Of a stretch of 64,000 bases of DNA, positions 41,538 through 50,209 are shown piece after piece. Source of the DNA: Candidatus Eiseniibacteriota bacterium (lineage in GTDB: Bacteria; Eisenbacteria; RBG-16-71-46); NCBI GenBank assembly GCA_044223005.1, contig JBGAML010000013.1, positions 72,489 through 136,488 of the forward strand. The letters run 5' to 3'. Positions within the stretch are counted from its first letter, which is position 1. Each line of letters opens with the position of its first letter. The position numbers were made by a program, and so were the translations under genes. The notes under the pieces are model-generated. The model had not been told where the DNA came from, did not search any database, and was given only the letters and a program-made list of their open reading frames with translations.

Positions 41538-41830
41538 TGTTCCTCGCCCGTGTCGTGGGGGAGGTCGTCGCGACCATCAAGCACCCGCACCTCGCGGCGC
41601 AGCGCCTGCTGCTCGTGCAGCCCGAACCGACTCCCGGGCGGCCACAGCCGGCCAGCGTCATCGCGGTGGACACGGTCGACTCCGGCATCGGGGACCGTGT
41701 CCTGGTCGCGGACGAGGGCAATGCGGCCGCCCAGGTGCTCCGGAAGGCCCGCGGACCGGTCCGGACGGTGATCGTCGGCGTGGTGGACGCGGTCGAGGCC
41801 GGGGGCACCGACCCCGGCCGGGCGGGCTGA
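41537..41830 (+). CDS. BMC-P vertex pentamer protein (EutN/CcmL family), third
   Basis: MFLARVVGEVVATIKHP..LLLVQP..AVDTVDSGIGDRVLVADEGNAA..IVGVVD. TGATG coupling to the upstream gene. Confidence 0.9.
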   Translation: MFLARVVGEVVATIKHPHLAAQRLLLVQPEPTPGRPQPASVIAVDTVDSGIGDRVLVADEGNAAAQVLRKARGPVRTVIVGVVDAVEAGGTDPGRAG

Positions 41831-41837
41831 CGGGGAC

Positions 41838-41866
41838 TTTACGTACGGCCGCAACGCATTTATGTT
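41838..41866 (+). promoter_or_regulatory. possible sigma70 promoter for the FmdB-HU-bS22 unit
   Basis: TTTACG-17-TATGTT. Confidence 0.45.
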
Positions 41867-41888
41867 CTGCGGCCATTGGGAGGTCGAC

Positions 41889-42116
41889 ATGCCGCTCTAC
41901 GAGTACCGCTGCACCGCATGCCGGCATGCCTTCGAGTCACTCGTGAACCGCTGGGATTCCCCGGCGCCGGCGTGCCCGCAGTGCGGGGCGGCCCAGGCGC
42001 AGCGGCAGCTCAGCGTGTTCGCGGTGGCGTCGGCGTCGCCCAGGGAGCAGCTTCCCTGCGGCGAAACCGGGTCGTGCGGGGCCGGTGGTTGTGCGTGCCG
42101 GGCCGCGGCGAATTGA
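41889..42116 (+). CDS. FmdB-family zinc ribbon protein
   Basis: MPLYEYRCTACRHAFE...CPQCG and a Cys-rich tail. SD GGAGG. Confidence 0.88.
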   Translation: MPLYEYRCTACRHAFESLVNRWDSPAPACPQCGAAQAQRQLSVFAVASASPREQLPCGETGSCGAGGCACRAAAN

Positions 42117-42144
42117 GTCGGTCGGTTCAACCGGGAGGGGCGCA

Positions 42145-42450
42145 ATGACCAAAGCGGATCTGGTGGAGGAAATCGCGCAGCAGACCGGTGTCTCCAGGAA
42201 TCACACGGCGATCATCGTGGACGGGCTGCTCGATTCGGTGTGCCGGGCGTTGAGCGACGGCAAGCACCTCGAGATTCGTGGTTTCGGGACATTCAAGGTT
42301 CGGGAGCGCCGCGCCCGCCGCGCGCGCAACCCGCGGAGCGGCACGGAAGTCCTGGTGCCTGCGAAGCTGGTTCCCGTGTTCAAGCCCAGTCGCGAGCTCA
42401 AGGCGCTCGTGCTGGAGCAGGCCAACCAGGAACAGACGGTCGGCAGCTGA
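42145..42450 (+). CDS. HU/IHF family DNA-binding protein
   Basis: MTKADLVEEIA..EIRGFGTF..ARNPRSG..FKPSRELK. Confidence 0.93.
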   Translation: MTKADLVEEIAQQTGVSRNHTAIIVDGLLDSVCRALSDGKHLEIRGFGTFKVRERRARRARNPRSGTEVLVPAKLVPVFKPSRELKALVLEQANQEQTVGS

Positions 42451-42471
42451 GGCCGCACACGAGGAGCAGGA

Positions 42472-42567
42472 ATGGGTTCTGGAAAGAAGCGGAAGCGCAA
42501 GAAGATCGCGACCCACAAGCGTAAGAAGCGTCTCCGGAAGAATCGCCATAAGAAGCGCATCCGCTAG
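42472..42567 (+). CDS. small basic protein, bS22/AURKAIP1-COX24-type ribosomal protein
   Basis: MGSGKKRKRKKIATHKRKKRLRKNRHKKRIR* (31 aa) with SD GAGGAG; below the ORF-track cutoff. Confidence 0.85.
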   Translation: MGSGKKRKRKKIATHKRKKRLRKNRHKKRIR

Positions 42568-42718
42568 GCCCTTTCCGGACGCCGAACCGGTCCGTCGTCT
42601 CCTCGGCCGCGCGCACTTTGCGCGCGGCCGTTGGAGCTTCGACCCTTCGCGGCGCTGGCCGGGAGGTGTCCGCGAGCTTCGCTGGAAAGCCGCCCTCGCA
42701 CCCGAGGACGGCGATTTC

Positions 42719-44317
42719 GTGATCGCCGAAGTGCCGGATTTCGACGGTCCGGCATGGCTGGTCGAGGTGCTCGGGGCGGACGATCGCCCGGAGTGGGACG
42801 ACCACGCGATCGCGTCGCAGCACCGGCTGCGCACCCGGTATCCGCGCGCGGCCGAGGCGGAAGCGGCGACCTTCGGCGAGCCGGGCGAGCGCGAGTTCGC
42901 CGGCCGGCTGGACCTGCGCGAGCGGCTCGTCCTCACGATCGATCCCGCCGACGCCCGTGACCACGACGACGCGCTGTCCGTGCGCTCGCTCGGGCACGGC
43001 CGGTGGGAGGTCGGCATCCACATCGCCGACGTCGGTTGGTACGTGCGCGAGGGCGGTGCGATCGACGCCGAGGCGCGCGAGCGCGGCACCTCCGTGTACC
43101 TGCCGGGCGGCGCGATCCCGATGCTGCCGGAACGGCTGTCGGCCGACCTCTGCTCGCTGCGCGACGGCGTCGACCGCCTGGCGCTCTCGGTGCTCGCGGT
43201 GATCGACGAAGAGGGCGTGCTGCACGAATACCGCTTCGCCGAGACCGTGATCCGCAGCCGCGCGAGCCTGGCCTACGAACAGGTCGAGGACGCGCTGCAC
43301 GGCGGCGCGCCGCTGCCGCACGGGCAGCAGGAGGCGGTGCGCCATCTCATGGAACTCGCGCGGCGGCTGCGTGCGCGCCGGCACACCGTCGGAGCGCTCG
43401 CGATCGAGTCGCCCGAGGTGAAGGCCGTCGTCGACGCCTCCGGCCAGGTGTTGCGCATCGAGCGCCGGCCGCACCTCGAGAGCCACGAACTCGTCGAGGA
43501 GTTCATGCTGCTCGCGAACCGCTGCGTGGGCGAGGCCGGCGCGGTGCGCGGCGCCGGCATGCTCTGGCGGGTGCACGAACCGCCGGCGGAGCGCAAGCTC
43601 GAGGAGCTGGACGCCATGCTGCGTGCCCTGGGCCTGCCGCGACTGGGCTCGCCGGCCGAGCCGCACCGGGCGCTGCAGGCGCTGCTCGCCGTGCCGCTCG
43701 ATGCGGCCCGCAAGCGGCTCGTCCACCGCCTGGCGCTGCGGTCGCTCACGCGCGCCCGTTATGCCGAGCGGGATCTCGGGCACTTCGGCCTCGCGACCCG
43801 GGAGTACTGCCATTTCACGTCGCCGATCCGGCGCTATCCCGACCTGCATGTCCATCGGCGCGTGCGCGAGTGGATCCGCGGCGGGAAGGATGCCGCGTGG
43901 GATCCGGTCGCGAACGCGGCGCTCGCCGCCGCATGCAGTGCCGCCGAACAGAATGCCACCGAGGCCGAACGCGACGCCGTCCGGGTCAAGGGGCTCCGCC
44001 ATCTCGAGACGAGACTCGGCGAGCGTGCTTCGGGTAGTATCTCGGGAATCCATACCAAGGGCTTCTTCGTCGAGCTGGACGACGTTCCGGTGGACGGCTT
44101 CGTACGCGTGCACCCGGATCTCGGCGACCGCTTCGACCTCGATCCTTCCGGCGTGCGGCTGGTGGGACGCAGGACGCGCAGGCGGTTCACGCTCGGCGAT
44201 GCCGTGGACGTGATCGTGGCGCGCGTGGACGTGCCGGCGCGCGAATGTGACTTCGCACTGGTGGTGGCGGAATCGCGGCGGGGCCGCCGCGGACAACGGA
44301 GGGACGGATGGCGGTGA
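42719..44317 (+). CDS. rnr: ribonuclease R / RNase II family 3'-5' exoribonuclease (start uncertain)
   Basis: TIDPADARDHDDALS, HIADV, RGTSVYLP, SHELVEEFMLLAN, HFTSPIRRYPDL and a C-terminal S1 domain. First in-frame canonical start after bS22 is GTG 42719. Confidence 0.88.
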   Translation: MIAEVPDFDGPAWLVEVLGADDRPEWDDHAIASQHRLRTRYPRAAEAEAATFGEPGEREFAGRLDLRERLVLTIDPADARDHDDALSVRSLGHGRWEVGIHIADVGWYVREGGAIDAEARERGTSVYLPGGAIPMLPERLSADLCSLRDGVDRLALSVLAVIDEEGVLHEYRFAETVIRSRASLAYEQVEDALHGGAPLPHGQQEAVRHLMELARRLRARRHTVGALAIESPEVKAVVDASGQVLRIERRPHLESHELVEEFMLLANRCVGEAGAVRGAGMLWRVHEPPAERKLEELDAMLRALGLPRLGSPAEPHRALQALLAVPLDAARKRLVHRLALRSLTRARYAERDLGHFGLATREYCHFTSPIRRYPDLHVHRRVREWIRGGKDAAWDPVANAALAAACSAAEQNATEAERDAVRVKGLRHLETRLGERASGSISGIHTKGFFVELDDVPVDGFVRVHPDLGDRFDLDPSGVRLVGRRTRRRFTLGDAVDVIVARVDVPARECDFALVVAESRRGRRGQRRDGWR

Positions 44318-44853
44318 AGAAGGCGAACCGGCGGCACGAACGGCGCGAACGGACGCGCGTGGACGCGCGGCTCAGCATGCGAGTCGAAGGCGCGGCGGAC
44401 GGCGCGAATGCGCAGGTCGTGACGGAGAGCCAGAACATCTCCGCCAGCGGCGTCTACTGCATGAGCTCGCACTTCCTGCCGCCCCTCTCGAAGGTCCAGC
44501 TGACGATCGTGCTCCCGAAGATCCCCGGCACCAAGCGCGCGCAGGAGCTGCTCAAGTGCGACGGCATCGTGGTGCGCTGCGAGGCCTCGGCCGCGCGCCG
44601 GCCGGATTCGCGCTACCAGCTCGCGTGCATGTTCGCGAACACGGCGCCGACGATGCGCGAGCGCATCGAGGAGTTCGTGACGTGGCGGAACCTGCAGGCG
44701 CTCCGCGCCGCGGTCTCGCCGCGACGGACGGCCGGCGCCGCCGCCTCGGGAGCGAAGAAGAAGGCCGTGCGCTCGACCGGGACGGCCCGGCGCAAGGTCG
44801 CCGTGCGGGCGTCGAGCGGTCGCGGCACCGGGGCGCGCCGCAGCGCCCGATGA
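44308..44853 (+). CDS. PilZ domain protein with basic low-complexity tail
   Basis: RxxxR (ERRERTR) and NISASG c-di-GMP motifs. Confidence 0.8.
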   Translation: MAVKKANRRHERRERTRVDARLSMRVEGAADGANAQVVTESQNISASGVYCMSSHFLPPLSKVQLTIVLPKIPGTKRAQELLKCDGIVVRCEASAARRPDSRYQLACMFANTAPTMRERIEEFVTWRNLQALRAAVSPRRTAGAAASGAKKKAVRSTGTARRKVAVRASSGRGTGARRSAR

Positions 44854-46175
44854 CGTCGCGTCGCGGGCCCAGCGTGTGCCGGGCCCGCGTTCCCTCGGGA
44901 CGCTTCGCGCCGCCGGGCGACAAGTCGGTCACGCACCGCGCCGCGCTGTTCGGCCTGCTGGCCGGCGGCGTGACGCGCATCGTGCGCCCGAATCCCGGCG
45001 AGGACTGCGGTCGCTCGCTCGCGGCCGCCGCCGCGTGGGGCGCCGAGGTCGCGCGCGCGGGTGACGACTGGAGCGTTCGCGGCGTCGGCATGCGCCCACG
45101 GGCGGCGGAGCGCGACCTCGACTGCGGCAACTCGGGCACGTCGATCCGGCTGCTCGCCGGCATCGCCGCGGGCCAACCGTTCGAGACGCGGCTCTTCGGC
45201 GACGCCTCGCTGCAGCGGCGCCCGATGGCGCGCGTGCTCGAGCCGCTCGCGGCGATGGGCGCGCGGGTGCGATCGGACGCCGGAGGCCGGCCGCCGATCG
45301 CGATCGCGGGCGGGACGCTGCGCGGCATCGACTACGTCGTGCCGGTCGCGAGCGCGCAGGTGGCGACGTGCGTACTGCTCGCGGGGCTCTTCGCCGACGG
45401 TGCGACGACCGTGCGGCTGCCGGGGCCCGCGCGTGACCACACGGAGCGCATGCTGCCGGCGTTCGGCGTGCCGCTCGTCGTGACGCCGGCGGCCCGCGGT
45501 GGGCGCGTCGTGCGGCTCGAGCCGGGCGCGCGCCTCGTGGCCCGCGACGTCGAGGTGCCGGGCGACTTCTCGTCGGCGGCCTTCCTGCTCGCGGCGGCCG
45601 CGGCCGAGCCGGGCGCGTGCGTGACGGCGACGGACGTGAGCCTCAACCCGACGCGCACGGGCCTGCTGGACGTGCTCGCGGCGATGGGGGCCGAACCGGC
45701 GATCGCGAACCGCCGCGACGTCGCGGGCGAGCCGGTCGGCGACGTGACCGTGACCGGGCCCGAATCGCTGCGGGCGTTCGACGTGCCGGCCGAGTGGGTC
45801 CCGCGCCTGGTGGACGAAGTCCCCGCGTGGATCGTGCTCGCCAGCGCCGCGCGCGGCACGTCGCGCGTGACGGGCGCGAGCGAGCTGCGGGTGAAGGAGA
45901 GCGATCGCATCGTCGCGCTCGCGCGCAACCTCGCGGCGACGGGCATCGCGGCGCGCGAGCTGCCCGACGGGCTCGAGGTCGACGGTGGCGAGCCGCGCGG
46001 CGCGCGGATCGAAGCACACCTCGACCACCGCATCGTGATGGCGTTCGCGGCGCTCGGCGCGCGCACGCGCGAACCGATGACGTTCGACGACGTGAGCAGC
46101 GTCGAGACCTCGTTCCCCGGGTTCTTCGACGTGCTCGCCGGCCTGGGGGCGGGCGTCGGGGAGGAGGCCGCGTGA
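44850..46175 (+). CDS. aroA: 3-phosphoshikimate 1-carboxyvinyltransferase
   Basis: PGDKSVTHRA, DCGNSGT, RPMARV, ASAQV, RDHTERML, ELRVKESDRI, DHRIVM. Confidence 0.95.
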   Translation: MTSRRGPSVCRARVPSGRFAPPGDKSVTHRAALFGLLAGGVTRIVRPNPGEDCGRSLAAAAAWGAEVARAGDDWSVRGVGMRPRAAERDLDCGNSGTSIRLLAGIAAGQPFETRLFGDASLQRRPMARVLEPLAAMGARVRSDAGGRPPIAIAGGTLRGIDYVVPVASAQVATCVLLAGLFADGATTVRLPGPARDHTERMLPAFGVPLVVTPAARGGRVVRLEPGARLVARDVEVPGDFSSAAFLLAAAAAEPGACVTATDVSLNPTRTGLLDVLAAMGAEPAIANRRDVAGEPVGDVTVTGPESLRAFDVPAEWVPRLVDEVPAWIVLASAARGTSRVTGASELRVKESDRIVALARNLAATGIAARELPDGLEVDGGEPRGARIEAHLDHRIVMAFAALGARTREPMTFDDVSSVETSFPGFFDVLAGLGAGVGEEAA

Positions 46176-46864
46176 ACTTCGTGGTGACGATCGACGGCCC
46201 GTCGGCCGCGGGCAAGAGCACCACGGCGCGCGCGCTCGCGGAGCGGCTCGGGATCCGCGTGCTCGATACGGGCGCCTTCTACCGCGCCCTCGCGCTCGGC
46301 GTGCAGCAGCGCGGCGTGCCGCTCGACCAGGCCGAGCGCGTGGCGCAGGTGGCGCGCGAGTCGCGCATCGATTTCGAGGGCTCGCCCTCGCGGCCCCACG
46401 TCCTGCTCGATGGCGTGGACGTGACGTCCGAGATCCGCAGCCCCGAGATCAGCGAGGCGGCCTCGCGCGTCGCGGCGATCCCGGACGTGCGCCGGCAGCT
46501 CGTCGAGTGGCAGCGCCAGATGGCGGACGCCGGCCCGCTGGTGGGCGAGGGCCGCGACCTCGGGACGGTGGTCTTCCCGGACGCGGCGGTGAAGATCTTT
46601 CTCGATGCCGACCTCGACACCCGCGCCGGGCGGCGCTGCCGCGAACTGCAGGCGCGCGGCATCGCGGTCAGCCGCGACGCGGTCCGCGAAGACCTCGCGC
46701 GGCGCGACGAACGCGACCGGACGCGCTCGGACAGCCCGCTGCGCCCCGCCGAGGGCGCCCGGATCGTCGACACCTCGGGGATGGACCTCGAGGCGCAGGT
46801 GGAGGCCGTCCTGGCGGTCGTGCGAGCCCATCCGCACTGCCCGGCGGAGGTTCCCCCGCGGTAG
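46172..46864 (+). CDS. cmk: cytidylate kinase
   Basis: VTIDGPSAAGKST, DTGAFYRA, EGRDLGTVVFPDA, RDERDRTR. Confidence 0.95.
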   Translation: MNFVVTIDGPSAAGKSTTARALAERLGIRVLDTGAFYRALALGVQQRGVPLDQAERVAQVARESRIDFEGSPSRPHVLLDGVDVTSEIRSPEISEAASRVAAIPDVRRQLVEWQRQMADAGPLVGEGRDLGTVVFPDAAVKIFLDADLDTRAGRRCRELQARGIAVSRDAVREDLARRDERDRTRSDSPLRPAEGARIVDTSGMDLEAQVEAVLAVVRAHPHCPAEVPPR

Positions 46865-46928
46865 GATGGAGGGCCCGGGGGCACCCCCGGCGGGCCGGCC
46901 GCGCCGGCCTTCCCGACTAGGAGAATCC

Positions 46929-47576
46929 TTGGGATTCGCGTATAGTGCTTCGCGCTTGTTGCTCGATGGCCTCGTGGGGGCCGTGAGCGGCTGGAAGGTG
47001 GAGGGCCGGGAGCACATCCCGCGCTCGGGCGGCCTCATCGTCGCCTCGAACCACATCTCGTTCTACGATCCGCCGTTCATCGGTACCGCCGCGGTGCGGG
47101 AGCTGCACTACCTCGCCAAGGAGGAGTTGTTCCGCCCGCCCGTGTTCGGCTCGCTCATCCGCGCGTTCAACGCCATTCCGATCCGGCGTGGGATGGTGGA
47201 CCTGAGCGGACTCACACGTGCCATCGAGGTCCTCAAGTCGGGCCGTGCGCTCATCATGTTCCCGGAAGGGAGCCGGATGCGCGACGGCGAGCTCCATCCG
47301 GCGCGCCCCGGCGTCGGGATGCTGGCGGTGGGCGCGGATGCGCGCATCGTTCCGTGCTTCATCTCGGGGAGCGACCGGCCGAACCAATGGGTGCTGCGTC
47401 GTGGCACGCTCCGGGTGTCGTTCGGCCCGGTGAAGACGTGGCGGGAGCTGGCCGGTGATCTCGCGGACCAGCCGCCCGGACGGGCGCTCTACCAGGGCGT
47501 CGCGGACGGGGTGATGCGCGAGATCGCGGCGCTGAAGGCGGCGCAACTGAACAAGGCTTCACGCGGAGCGGCTTGA
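46929..47576 (+). CDS. plsC: 1-acyl-sn-glycerol-3-phosphate acyltransferase
   Basis: NHISFYDP and FPEGSR motifs. TTG start follows AGGAG; alternative ATG 46866. Confidence 0.88.
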   Translation: MGFAYSASRLLLDGLVGAVSGWKVEGREHIPRSGGLIVASNHISFYDPPFIGTAAVRELHYLAKEELFRPPVFGSLIRAFNAIPIRRGMVDLSGLTRAIEVLKSGRALIMFPEGSRMRDGELHPARPGVGMLAVGADARIVPCFISGSDRPNQWVLRRGTLRVSFGPVKTWRELAGDLADQPPGRALYQGVADGVMREIAALKAAQLNKASRGAA

Positions 47577-47617
47577 TCCGCTCCCATATCTCAATATCGC
47601 AGGAGGCTTCTGTCCCC

Positions 47618-49420
47618 ATGCTGGAAACCACGGAGAACCACCCCAACCCCGCTGCGCAGGTTCGGCGGGCACCCGCCCTTCCGCTCGTCCCGATCAACTA
47701 CGACGACGAGGAAGAACTCACCCTCGAACAGCGCGAAGCGATGTTCGGGCAGTACGAAGAGTCGATGCGTGCGATCGGCGAAGGCGAGATCGTGCGCGGC
47801 ACGGTGCTGTCCATCGACGAGAAGGACGTGCTCGTCGACGTCGGCTTCAAGTCCGAAGGCATCATCTCGCTGAGCGAGTTCCCGGACCCCACGAGCATCA
47901 AGGTCGGTGACATCCTCGAGGTGTTCCTCGAGAAGATGGAGAACCAGGACGGCCTCGTCGTCCTCTCCAAGCAGCGCGCCGACTTCGTCCGCGTCTGGGA
48001 TCGGGTGAAGGAAGCCCACGACAACGGCCAGGTGGTCGAGGGCAAGCTCATCCGCAAGATCAAGGGCGGTGTGGTGGTCGATCTCTACGGGGTCGAGGCA
48101 TTCCTGCCCGGCTCGCAGATCGCCCTGCGCCAGGTCCAGAACGTCGACGCCCTGCTGGGCCAGACGGTCTCGGTCAAGATCATCAAGCTGAACAAGCGCC
48201 GCCGGAACATCGTGGTGTCGCGCCGCGCCGTCCTCGAAGAGGAGCGCGACCGCATGAAGAGCACGATCCTCAAGGACCTGGCGAAAGACCAGATCCGCGA
48301 GGGCGTGGTCAAGAACATCACCGACTTCGGCGCGTTCGTGGACCTCGGCGGCATCGACGGCCTGCTCCACATCACGGACATGTCGTGGGGCCGCGTGCAG
48401 CACCCGTCCGAGCTGGTCAAGATCGGCGACAAGGTGCGCGTGAAGGTCCTCAACTTCGACCCGGAGAAGGAGCGCATCTCGCTCGGCCTGAAGCAGCTCG
48501 AGGCCTATCCCTGGGAAGGCGTCGAGGAGAAGTACAAGGTCGGCGACCGCATCAAGGGCAAGGTCGTTTCGATCACGGACTACGGCGCATTCGTCGAGCT
48601 CGAGAAGGGCATCGAAGGTCTCATCCACGTGTCCGAGATGTCGTGGACGCGCCACGTGCGGCACCCCTCGAAGGTCGTCAACATCGGCGACATCATCGAG
48701 GCGGTCGTGCTCAAGGTGGACAAGGGCAACGAGAAGATCTCGCTCGGCCTCAAGCAGGTGGAGCCGGATCCGTGGCTCACGCTCGACCTCAAGTACCCGC
48801 CGGGCATGCGCGTCAAGGGCAAGGTCCGCAACCTGACCAACTTCGGCGCGTTCGTCGAGCTCGAAGAGGGCATCGACGGCCTGGTGCACGTCTCCGACAT
48901 GTCGTGGACCAAGCGCGTCGCGCACCCGAGCGAAGTGCTCAAGAAGGGTGACGCGGTCGAGGTCGTGGTCCTGTCGATCGACAAGGAGCACCGCCGCATC
49001 AGCCTGGGCCTGAAGCAGGTCTCCGAGGATCCGTGGCCGCAGCTGGCCGACCGCTTCCCGGCGAACATGGAGCTGACGGGTACCGTCAACCGCCTGTTCG
49101 ACCGTGGCGCGATCGTGGACCTCGGCGAGGGCATCGAGGGCTTCATTCCGCTCTCGCAGCTCGGCATCGACGACCTCAAGCGCCCGAACGATTCCTTCGA
49201 GGTCGGCGAGTCGCTGACCATGAAGGTGACGCGCGTGGACGTGCCGAACCACCGGCTCATCCTCAGCGTCAAGGCGTGGCTCACCGACCAGGACGACATC
49301 GCCCTGGCCGAGTGGACCTCCAAGCGCAACCAGGTGCGCGCGCGCATCGCGGCCAATCCGCCGGCCGAGGATCCCGCGGCGCCCCGGGTGAAGGAAGACG
49401 ACGTGCCGGTGGACGAGTAG
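47618..49420 (+). CDS. rpsA: 30S ribosomal protein S1
   Basis: Six S1 repeats (FGAFVDLGG.DGLLHI, YGAFVELE.GIEGLIHVSE). ATG follows AGGAGG. Confidence 0.97.
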   Translation: MLETTENHPNPAAQVRRAPALPLVPINYDDEEELTLEQREAMFGQYEESMRAIGEGEIVRGTVLSIDEKDVLVDVGFKSEGIISLSEFPDPTSIKVGDILEVFLEKMENQDGLVVLSKQRADFVRVWDRVKEAHDNGQVVEGKLIRKIKGGVVVDLYGVEAFLPGSQIALRQVQNVDALLGQTVSVKIIKLNKRRRNIVVSRRAVLEEERDRMKSTILKDLAKDQIREGVVKNITDFGAFVDLGGIDGLLHITDMSWGRVQHPSELVKIGDKVRVKVLNFDPEKERISLGLKQLEAYPWEGVEEKYKVGDRIKGKVVSITDYGAFVELEKGIEGLIHVSEMSWTRHVRHPSKVVNIGDIIEAVVLKVDKGNEKISLGLKQVEPDPWLTLDLKYPPGMRVKGKVRNLTNFGAFVELEEGIDGLVHVSDMSWTKRVAHPSEVLKKGDAVEVVVLSIDKEHRRISLGLKQVSEDPWPQLADRFPANMELTGTVNRLFDRGAIVDLGEGIEGFIPLSQLGIDDLKRPNDSFEVGESLTMKVTRVDVPNHRLILSVKAWLTDQDDIALAEWTSKRNQVRARIAANPPAEDPAAPRVKEDDVPVDE

Positions 49421-49494
49421 TCCATTCGCGTCGGCTGTTCGGCGGCCGGACCGTGGCGACACGGTCCGGCGGGGCGGGGCTATCCTCGCGCGCC

Positions 49495-50178
49495 ATGCGC
49501 CACCCCTTGCTCCTTTCGGCTGCGGTCCTCGTCGCGCTCGCGCTCGCCGCTCCGGCGGCGTGGGCGGGCCTCGAGTCGCCGTGGCGGGCGTTCCCGGCGC
49601 GGGCGAGCGCGGACAGCATCGAGCGCGCCCTGCGCGTCATGGAACTGCGCGGCGGGCCCGGCGTGCGCCCGGGTGAGGCCGCGTTCGCGCTCGGGCAACT
49701 GCACTACGCGCGCGGCGAGTACCGCCAGGCCGCCGATGCCTACCTGCGCGCGTCGGCCCGCCTGGGCGGCGCCGACCGGATCGAGGCGCGCTACGCCTAC
49801 GCGCTCTCGGCGCTGGCCCTCGGCAACGCCCCGGCGGCCCGGACGGCGTTCGGCGAGGTGGCGGCGGGCGACGGCCCGCGGCGGCCGCTCGCGCTCCTCG
49901 GCATGGCGCAGTGCTGGGAGGCCGAGAATCGCCCGGAGAAGGCCTGGGACGTCCTGCGCGGTCTCGTGGCCACGGCGCCCGGTGAAGCGGGCCCCGCGGC
50001 GCTGGAGCGGCTCGTGGCGCTGGCCGGGCGGCTGCACCGCGACGCCGACGGTGCCGCGGCCCGGTCCCGGCTGGTCCGCGAATACCCCGCGAGCATCGAG
50101 ACCGCGCGGCTGCCCGCGGCGCCGCCGGCGGCGAAGTTGGTGCGGAAGGGCCCGGCGTCTAGACTGCCCGCCCCATGA
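49495..50178 (+). CDS. exported TPR-like protein
   Basis: Signal peptide, AAFALGQLHYARGEYRQAADAY and LVREYPAS. Confidence 0.72.
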   Translation: MRHPLLLSAAVLVALALAAPAAWAGLESPWRAFPARASADSIERALRVMELRGGPGVRPGEAAFALGQLHYARGEYRQAADAYLRASARLGGADRIEARYAYALSALALGNAPAARTAFGEVAAGDGPRRPLALLGMAQCWEAENRPEKAWDVLRGLVATAPGEAGPAALERLVALAGRLHRDADGAAARSRLVREYPASIETARLPAAPPAAKLVRKGPASRLPAP

Positions 50179-50209
50179 CGACGCCCCCTCGCACCCCGGA
50201 GCCGCGCCC

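Noticed and set aside
41889..42116. FmdB zinc ribbon as a BMC component
   Set aside because: It has its own promoter-like sequence and groups with HU/bS22; there is no evidence of a BMC link.
48300..49020. Repeated DNA segments (TTCGGCGCGTTCGT...GGCATCGA)
   Set aside because: These are the expected S1-domain repeats of rpsA, not a repeat array or CRISPR.
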